Shown: one piece after another, positions 55,811-64,000 of the stretch
Position numbering within the stretch: position 1 is the stretch's first letter
How the letters are laid out: each line of letters opens with the position of its first letter
Assembly: GCA_964016885.1 (NCBI GenBank)
Contig: OZ024754.1
Location: 36,084,001-36,148,000, forward strand
DNA from: Eledone cirrhosa
Taxonomy: Eukaryota
DNA length: 64,000 nucleotides
Direction: 5' to 3'
Translations under genes and position numbers: made by a program
The notes under the pieces: model-generated
Told to the model about the DNA's origin: nothing
Database searches by the model: none
Seen by the model: the letters and a program-made list of their open reading frames with translations, nothing else

Positions 55811-56940
55811 GTGTGAGATCCTTGGTACAGTTAGGTATATTTGAAAAAAAGGAAAAGAATGACTTCACTTGTAGTGTTAAATAATTTGATTTAATTTTAT
55901 AATATTATGAGTTTAATTTTATAATATTATGATATTATGAGTTTTATAATTTTATAATATTATGAGTTTAATTTTATAATATTACTAGCAGTAAAGCCCG
56001 GCGTTGCTCGGGGTCGCTCAGTAGCTGTGTTAAAGTTACAATGTTAAGTTTCTTTATTGGATTAAAAACTGTAGTGTCTACTGTGCAGACTTGCATGTGG
56101 TGTTTTTGATTAATATTCCCTCAACCAACAATATGCCTTATGAAGTTAAGAAAACATAACGATAACCCGAATGTTATAACAAAAGAGGATGCTGGGGATA
56201 AAAACTGCACTGGTTATTTATTAACAAAGATCGAAAATGTAAACACTGCAACGCAGAGAAAAACATTAGCGTAACCAAATTATCAGTTATGTCTGTCTGC
56301 ACGCCTATATCACCTCTCTGCACGACTGTCTGTCTGCACGCCTGAAATATTTGCTTGTTTTACGTAGTCTTTAAATAGACTTGTTTTCAAGTAAAAATAT
56401 TGTTTTAAAATGCTTTTAAATGGAAATGAAGCAAAACGGAAGCTTAGTGTTCGAACTGATGAATTTTGCAGGTCAATATTTTGCTGGCTCGACAACTGTC
56501 TGTTCGTGTATTGTGTTAATGTCATTTTAAACGCTGAGAAAGCCAGCGTAATTTTTTACGTAAGACGCTCAATGTAAACAGAACAAAGGGAAATAACTGA
56601 TAACTTACGCTCAAAAATCGATACATTATATTCGATTTCGTCACATAGGGTGGGTCAATTTGAAATTTTTTTTTTCCGATGTCTTCGCTAGGGCTCAATG
56701 TACAAGTATAGCAATTTCGGTGCAATTCCGTGAGAGATTCTAAGAGGAGATGTGTGCCAAAAATCGATAGACAGACAGACAACCACAGTTTTATATATAT
56801 AGATGAGTTGGTAGATCCACTTCTGGATCAACCAACTCATAATATTATAAAATTAAATCAAACATTTTTTTAACACTACAAGTGAAGTCATTCTTTTCCG
56901 TTTTTTCAAATATACCTAACTGTACCAAGGATCTCACACA
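55810..56940. mobile_element. Fold-back element (~105-bp arms) split by a Helitron
   Basis: TGTGTGAGATCCTTGGTACAGTTAGG... / ...CCTAACTGTACCAAGGATCTCACACA; central hairpin at 56804-56840. Confidence 0.8.
55985..56803 (-). mobile_element. Non-autonomous Helitron
   Basis: Minus strand 5' TCTATATATATAAAACTG; 3' hairpin CCCGAGCAACGCCGGG then CTAG; inserted between A and T with no TSD, and removal restores host AATATTA|TGAGTT. Confidence 0.9.
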
Positions 56941-57134
56941 TAATAATATTTATACTTATATATGAGTTATATACAATTATAAATATGAAAGGGTAGTACT
57001 AAGTACTAGCCAATTATATACATATATATATATATATAAAGTCTAAAGTCTATCTTAAACGAGAAGGTTTCGTTGGGCATTTAAACCCCCCCCCCACACA
57101 CACACACAAACACATACATACACATACATATATA

Positions 57135-58217
57135 TCTATATATATAAAACTGAGGATGTCTGTCTGTGTATGTGTGAGTTTGAATCCCTAAAACTAGAGA
57201 AGCACCCAACCTACTTTACACATCTAATACTTATGTTTCAGGGAGTGTTCTGAGCAAAAAAAAATTTAAGTTTCAATGCCCTAGGGACCGCATTAGGCGA
57301 TTTAACGATCTCTCTCTATAATTCTTAGTCTTTCTCTTTTTAGATAGATACATACATATAACGTCGCGCCCTTATAATATCTGTCTATATTTGGCTGTCT
57401 GCATTACGTCACTTCCTACAATTCGCTCTGCGTCCAGAACGCGCCCTTATAATATCTGTCTGTATGTCTGGCTGTCTGCATTACGTCACTTCCTACAATT
57501 CGCTCTGCGTCCAGAACGCGCCCTTATAATATCTGTCTGTATGTCTGCCTGTCTGCATTACGTCACTTCCTACAATTCGCTCTGCGTCCAGAACGCGCCC
57601 TTATAATATATGTCTGTATGTCTGCCTGTCTGCATTACGTCACTTCCTACAATTCGCTCTGCGTCCAGAACGCGCCCTTATAATATCTGTCTGTATGTCT
57701 GCCTGTCTGCATTACGTCACTTCCTACAATTCGCTCTGCGTCCAGAACGCGCCCTTATAATATATGTCTGTATGTCTGCCTGTCTGCATTACGTCACTTC
57801 CTACAATTCGCTCTGCGTCCAGAACGCGCCCTTATAATATCTGTCTGTATGTCTGCCTGTCTGCATTACGTCACTTCCTACAATTCGCTCTGCGTCCAGA
57901 ACGCGCCCTTATAATATCTGTCTGTATGTCTGCCTGTCTGCATTACGTCACTTCCTACAATTCGCTCTGCGTCCAGAACGCGCCCTTATAATATCTGTCT
58001 GTATTTCTGGCTGTCTGCTGCCTCCGGTTATTCTGCCACCCTTGCTCAAGACAAATCTCCAAAAAGTTGGTAAATGCACACAACTTCTTCCTCACGTTTT
58101 AAGCCACAGTGTTGCTTACTTACGTAGCACTAGACCCTTACTTCTTTGCCAGATTAGCTAAGGCGGTTATATATTTCACAATACCTTATCCCGTGCAGCG
58201 CCGGGTACCACTGCTAG
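57135..58217 (+). mobile_element. Non-autonomous Helitron with internal 77-bp array
   Basis: A|TCTATATATATAAAACTG ... CCCGTGCAGCGCCGGG-TACCACTG-CTAG|T. Confidence 0.9.
57365..58015. repeat. 77-bp tandem repeat, 8 full units + partial
   Basis: Unit starts 57365, 57440, 57517 ... 57979. Confidence 0.95.
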
Positions 58218-58302
58218 TATATATATAAAATATAAAGTCTGTCTTAAGCCAGAAAGTTACGTTGGGCAATTATACACCACACACAATACATTCACATATA
58301 TA

Positions 58303-58381
58303 TTAGGTTGTAACACAAATTCCCGCCGTTGTTATAAAACCTCTTAATAAGAGAAACGGTGGGAAATTTTGTTACAACTTA
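58303..58381. mobile_element. ~80-bp mariner-derived MITE (MADE-like)
   Basis: TIRs TTAGGTTGTAACACAAATTCCCGCCGTT/AACGGTGGGAAATTTTGTTACAACTTA; TA flanks. Confidence 0.75.
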
Positions 58382-58394
58382 TATATATATATAT

Positions 58395-58643
58395 GTTGAT
58401 TTAAAACTGCACTATCCACAAGTGTTTTTTAGCCTTCATATCATGTTCTCCTGTTTTATCTGATGAAAACACAAATATTATTGCATGATGATGTTTGTTT
58501 TTGAAATGCGCATAATAAAATACATGGAACTCCTTTAACCATCTTTTGATCTTATATTATGTATACTCCAGTCCTACAAACTGTAGAGTGCTTCTTATCC
58601 GATATCTGCATTGCTTTATTGTACTACAATAAAACTCACCTCC

Positions 58644-58646
<3 letters not shown>
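58395..58646 (+). mobile_element. (TA)n-inserted ~250-bp hammerhead-bearing element (family F)
   Basis: Bounded by (TA)n; hammerhead at 58454-58520; AATAAA near the 3' end. Confidence 0.7.
58454..58520 (+). ncRNA. Type I hammerhead ribozyme
   Basis: TTTTAT-CTGATGA(58460-58466)-long stem II (ACAAATATTATT/GATGATGTTTGT)-GAAA(58503-58506)-TGCGCA-TA-ATAAAA. Confidence 0.8.
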
Positions 58647-58690
<44 letters not shown>

Positions 58691-59145
58691 TGTATATAGA
58701 GTATGAAGTCTGTCTTAAGCCAGAAGGCATATATATGTGTGTGTGTGTGTATGTATGTGTTTGTGTGTGTGTATGTGTGTATGTATGTGTTTGTGTGTGT
58801 GTATGTGCGTATGTATGTGTATGTATGTGTTTGTGTGTGTGTATGTGTATGTATGTGTGTGTGTGTATGTGTGTATGTATGTGTTTGTGTGTGTGTATGT
58901 GTGTATGTATGTGTTTGTGTGTGTGTATGTTTGTATGTATGTGTTTGTGTGTCTGTATGTGTGTATGTATGTGTTTGTGTGTGTGTGTATGTGTGTGTGT
59001 GTGTGTGGATTATAAATGTCCAACGTAACCTCCCAACAATTAGCTCATGTGTCTAATCAAAAGAAACCAGTGTTTAGGTCATTGGAAGATCATCTTAAAT
59101 GGAAATGAAGCTATTTATTTGTATATGTCGAGAAATGGATCAGTT

Positions 59146-59428
59146 GGAGACTTATAGAGAGAGGGTGGTGGAGACTTATAGAGAGAGGGTGGTGGAGACT
59201 TATAGAGAGAGGGTGGTGGAGACGTATAGAGAGAGAGGGTGGTGGAGACTTATAGAGAGAGGGTGGTGGAGACTTATAGAGAGAGGATGGTGGAGACTTA
59301 TAGAGAGAGGATGGTGGAGACTTATAGAGAGAGGATGGTGGAGACTTATAGAGAGAGGATGGTGGAGACTTATAGAGAGAGGATGGTGGAGACGTATAGA
59401 GAGAGGGTGGTGGAGACTTATAGAGAGA
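59146..59428. repeat. 24-bp minisatellite (GGAGACTTATAGAGAGAGGGTGGT), ~11.5 copies
   Basis: Read directly. Confidence 0.95.
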
Positions 59429-59957
59429 GAGGGTGGGAGAGAGAGAGTGAGAGAGAGGGTGGGAGAGAGAGAGAGGGAGAGAGGTGGGAGAGAGAGAGGG
59501 GGAGGGAGAGAGAGACGGACGGACAGTGAGGGATTGGGAAACAGAGAGAGAGAAAACGAGAGAGAGAGAGAGAGAGAGAGGGAGAAAGAGAGAGAGAGAA
59601 ACGGACGGAAAGTGAGGGATTGGGAAACAGAGAGAGAGAAAACGAGAGAGAGAGAGAGAGAAAGAGAGAGTGAGAGAAGCGAAAGGGGTACATGTGAGGG
59701 GGGTTTGGTGTTAGATTAGCGTGGTTGATAGATTGGTGGTGGGGTTAAATTTAATGGGCCTTAATTAATGTGTCGCTGTGTGTAGGGTAATGGTAAGGTC
59801 AATGAGTGTGAGACTGAAGATTAGACAGAGAAAGTGAGGGAGAGCGAGAGAAGAGATTGAGATAGAGAGGGGGAGGGAGCGACAGAGAAGAGATTGAGAG
59901 AGAGAGAGGGAGATGTAGGAAAACGAGGGAAAGAGAGAGAGCGGGGAGAGGAGAGAT

Positions 59958-60001
<44 letters not shown>

Positions 60002-60173
60002 TAAGAAAACGAGGGAGAAAGAGAAAGAGGGGAAAGGAGCGATAGAGAAGAGATTGAGAGAGAGAGAGGGGAAGAGAGGGGAAGGGAGGGGGGAGATAGA
60101 GAGAAAGAGAGAGAGATGTAGGAAAACGAGGGAAGGAGAGAGAGGGGAGAGGAGAGAGAGGGAAGAAATTGAG

Positions 60174-60229
<56 letters not shown>

Positions 60230-60467
60230 TGTTAGAAAACGAGGGAAAGAGAGAGAGGAGGGAGAGACTGAGAAGAGATTGAGAGAGAAGAATGAGAGAG
60301 AGAGAGATGCGAAAAAACGAGGGTAAGAGAGAGACAGAGAGAGTAGAGAGAGTGTGTGTGTGTGTGTGTGTGTGCGGGAGAGAGAGGGATACGGGAGGTA
60401 AGAAAACAAAGAAAGGAGAGAGAGACAGGGAGAAAGAAAGAGAGAGAGTGAGAGAGATAGATAGAAT

Positions 60468-60504
<37 letters not shown>

Positions 60505-60649
60505 GGGGAGGGTCTTGTGTGTAATATTTAGGATACTTTAATTTGCGGAAAATAGGGTCAGTGTATAGATAAAATAGTAAGGTGAATGAGGGCGAAAATA
60601 AAAGGGATTTGGGAGTAGAGTAACTAGGGTGAGATAGGAGATGAAAGGC

Positions 60650-60681
<32 letters not shown>

Positions 60682-60915
60682 GACGGGAGGAGAAGGGGAT
60701 GGGGTAGGAGAGAGTCAGTGCGAAAAAGGGAGAGAATTAAGGTCGTGATAGATTAATTAGGTGATGAATTGATTTTTAGGGAGCTCTAATTATAGAACAA
60801 TTGTCTCTCTCTCTCTCTCGCTCTCTCTCGCTCTCATTCTTTCTCTCGCTCTCACTCTTTCTCTCTCTCACTCTCTCTCTCTCTCTATTTATATATATAT
60901 ATACATATATATAAT

Positions 60916-61093
60916 AACTGTTTCTACTTTTGGCACAAGGCCAGCAATTATCCCAGTGCATTACTGGTACTTTATTTTATCGACCCCGTAAGGATGAAAG
61001 GTAAAGTTAACTTCGGCGGGATTTGAACTCAGATCATAAAGGGCCGTAACTCTATGCTGCAAAGCATGGCGTCCGACTCTCTACCGATACTGT
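60916..61093 (-). mobile_element. SINE (short-tail form) ending in (TA)n
   Basis: Full reverse complement of head, core and tail. Confidence 0.9.
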
Positions 61094-61254
61094 CAACATT
61101 GATAAAGATGATGATGATGTTACAAATATCATTTATTCATTATAATTATTTCAACGGTTCTCCTATGCAATCAAGATGTAATTCATGCATGTGTTGTTGT
61201 TATGAGAACGGTGTCCTCAGATATATATTATATATATATATATATATCCACCGG

Positions 61255-62172
61255 GTAACGCACGATTTAATTGACATTCCCCTCCAAAATTGTTGGCCTT
61301 GTACCTAAATCAGAAACCATTAATTAGATGGAGGGGGGGGGGGGGGGGCAGAATCGGTTGAGCATCGGAGAAAATGATTTGCGGTATTTAGTTTACGACT
61401 TTGTTTGTTATGAGTTCAAATCCCTTAAGGGGTCGATAAAATAAAGCACCAGTAATGAACTGGCATTGATTTAATCGACTTACCCCTTCCTTTCAAACTT
61501 TTGGCCTTGTGTAAAATGTAGAAACAATTGTCATTATTTAGTTCCTGACTGGCGGTGAATTGGCAGTATCGGTAGAGGGTCGGACGCCCATGCTTTGACG
61601 CATAGAGTTACGTCCCTTGCCATTCTGCGTTCAAATCCCGCCGAGGTTAACTTTGCCTTTCATCCTTACGGGGTCGATAAAATAAAGTACCAGTAATACA
61701 CTGGGCAATTGCTGGCCTTGTGCCAAAAGTAGAAACAATTATTTAGTTCCTGAATTTGGCAGAATCGGTAGAGCGTCGGACAAAATGCTTAGCAGCATAG
61801 AGTTACGGCCCTTTACGTTCTGAGTTCAAATCCCGCCGAGGTTAACTTTGCCTTTCATGCTTATGGGGTCGAAAGAAAAAAACCCGTCAGTAATGCACTG
61901 GGGTAATTGCTGGCCTTGTGCCCAAAATAGAAACAATTATTTGGTTCCTGGATTGGAAGAATCGGTAGAGCGTCGGACAAAATGCTTAGCGACACGGAGT
62001 TACGGCCCTTTGCGTTCCGAGTTCAAATCCCACCCTGCTTAACTTTACCTTTCATCATTACGAGGTCGATAAAATAAAGTACCAGTAACGTAATGGTGTC
62101 GCTTTAACCGAATTTCCCCTCCCGCAAAATTGTTGGCCTTGAACTTAAATCAGAAATCCTTACTTAGTTCCT
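61255..62172 (+). mobile_element. Head-to-tail stack of four SINEs plus a preceding 3' fragment
   Basis: Spacer ATTATTTAGTTCCTG(A) or variants at 61533, 61738, 61936, 62159. Confidence 0.9.
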
Positions 62173-62818
62173 TTCGCTCCCTATTGGAGCTTTGGGTGAC
62201 GAGAGATCTCCCTTCCGCACAGTTGCAAGACTTGTCAAGGGCCTTCTCCTGGGCCAGGCCCGTATCTATCAGAGCTCCCTCTACACACACACACACACAC
62301 ACACTCACACACTTACACAGAAAGAGAGAGAGAGACAGACACACATACACACATACACACACACACATACAGACACACACACACACACATACTCACACAC
62401 ACACACACAGACACACACACAGACACACTTACACACATACGCACACACACAGACACAGACACTCACACACACACTCACACACATACAGAGAGAGAGAGAC
62501 ACACACATACACACATACACACACACACACTCACACATACAGACACACACACACAGACACTCGCACACACACTCACACACACACACACTCACACACATAC
62601 AGAGAGAGAGAGAGACACACACATACACACATACACACACATACACACACACACATACCGACACACACACACACAGACACACTCACACACACAGACACAC
62701 TCACACACACACACACACACAAACACATACAGAGAGAGAGAGACATACACACTTACACACATACAGAGAGAGAGAGATACATACACACACACGCACACAC
62801 ACACATACACACACACAT

Positions 62819-62899
<81 letters not shown>

Positions 62900-63069
62900 C
62901 ACAGGTCCCAATGTGTGACAGAAAGAGAGCAAAGTGTAAGAAGGGGAGGGAGGGGGTGTTATAGGCAGACAGGGTTAATAATATTTAGACACCCTTAATT
63001 AGTGGAAAATAGGGGTTGGTTATATATCTATAGTGATAGGGCAATGTTGGTATGTGGGTGTTTATGGGA

Positions 63070-63510
63070 GAGAGAGAGGGAGGGAGAGAGAGAGTGAGGG
63101 AGAGATGGGAGAGAGTGAGAGGAAGAGAGAGTGGGGGAGAGAGAGAGTGTGAGAGGGAGAGAGAAGGAGAGAGAGATAGAGAGAGGGGGAGAGATTGAGA
63201 GACTGAGAGGGAGTGGGGGAGAGAGAGATTGAGAGGGGGAGAGGAAGAGAGAGTGGGGGAGAGAGAGAGTGTGAGAGGGAGAGAGAAGGAGAGAGAGAAG
63301 AGAGAGGGGGAGAGATTGAGAGACTGAGAGGGAGTGGGGGAGAGAGAGATTGAGAGAGGGAGAGGAAGAGAGAGTGGGGGAGAGAGAGAGAGTGTGAGAG
63401 GGAGAGAGAAGGAGAGAGAGAGAAAGAGACAGGGGAGAGATTGAGAGACTGAAAGGGAGAGGGGAGTGGGGAGAGAGAGATTGAGAGAGGAAGAGGAAGA
63501 TAGAGTGGGG
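63070..63510. repeat. ~122-bp purine-rich tandem repeat (~3.5 copies)
   Basis: GAGATTGAGAGACTGA landmark recurs at ~63191, ~63312, ~63437. Confidence 0.8.
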
Positions 63511-63634
63511 GGGGGGGTAGAGAGAGGGGGTTAGAGAGAGTGAGAGGGAGAGAGTGGGGACAGAGAGATTGAGAGAGAGAGTATGGGGGAGAGAGAGAAA
63601 GAGAGAGTGAGAGGGAGAGCGAATGGAAGAGAGA

Positions 63635-63667
<33 letters not shown>

Positions 63668-64000
63668 GAGAGAGAAAGAATGAGAGAGGGAGAGAGAGGG
63701 AGAGGGAGTGGGAGAGTAGAAGCTGGAAGGGGGGGTGGAGAGTGGGGATTGGCGGTAAAGGGAGAGAATTGATAAGCGTAATAGATTGGTGGTTTGTGTT
63801 AATGTTCCGCAAGTTTAATTAGTGGAAAATAATGTTCATATATGGAGTACGATAGGGGGAGGGGATAGAGAGAGAGGGGGGAGGAGAGAAGAAGAGAGGG
63901 AAGGGGAGAGATTCCTTGGTTGTACATTAAAACCGTTAGAAGTTCCGTTTCGTCCGTTAATTAGTTGCTGCAGTCTGTCAGCAGCAGTGACACTAATAAT

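Noticed and set aside
59099-59719. Repeat protein (VVETYRER / WWRLIERG)
   Set aside because: Translation of a 24-bp minisatellite running into (GA)n.

Overview
This is eukaryotic, extremely repeat-rich DNA. The SINE families and microsatellite load are most consistent with an octopus/coleoid cephalopod genome; that assignment is an inference from remembered repeat families, not a database result. Almost all ORFs in the track, including the three ~3,400-aa ORFs, are microsatellite artefacts. Supported content: (1) about 20 copies of a tRNA-headed SINE with a Deu/Nin-like core, twice stacked head-to-tail with a shared spacer; (2) 3' remnants of a Tx1/L1-like LINE, whose tail matches the SINE tail, and of an R4/Dong-like LINE; (3) hAT-, Tc2- and mariner-type MITEs, one holding a 93-copy 31-bp satellite; (4) two non-autonomous Helitrons; (5) a 10-kb GATA/GACA compound satellite; (6) a plausible two-exon 3' end of a minus-strand gene ending in CxCxxC. 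The most notable signal is a dense set of short non-coding elements, from several families that share no obvious sequence. They sit in or beside (TA)n tracts, often fold back on themselves, and carry type-I hammerhead ribozyme motifs with palindromic (dimer-type) stem III. This suggests a Penelope-like, retrozyme-like system.
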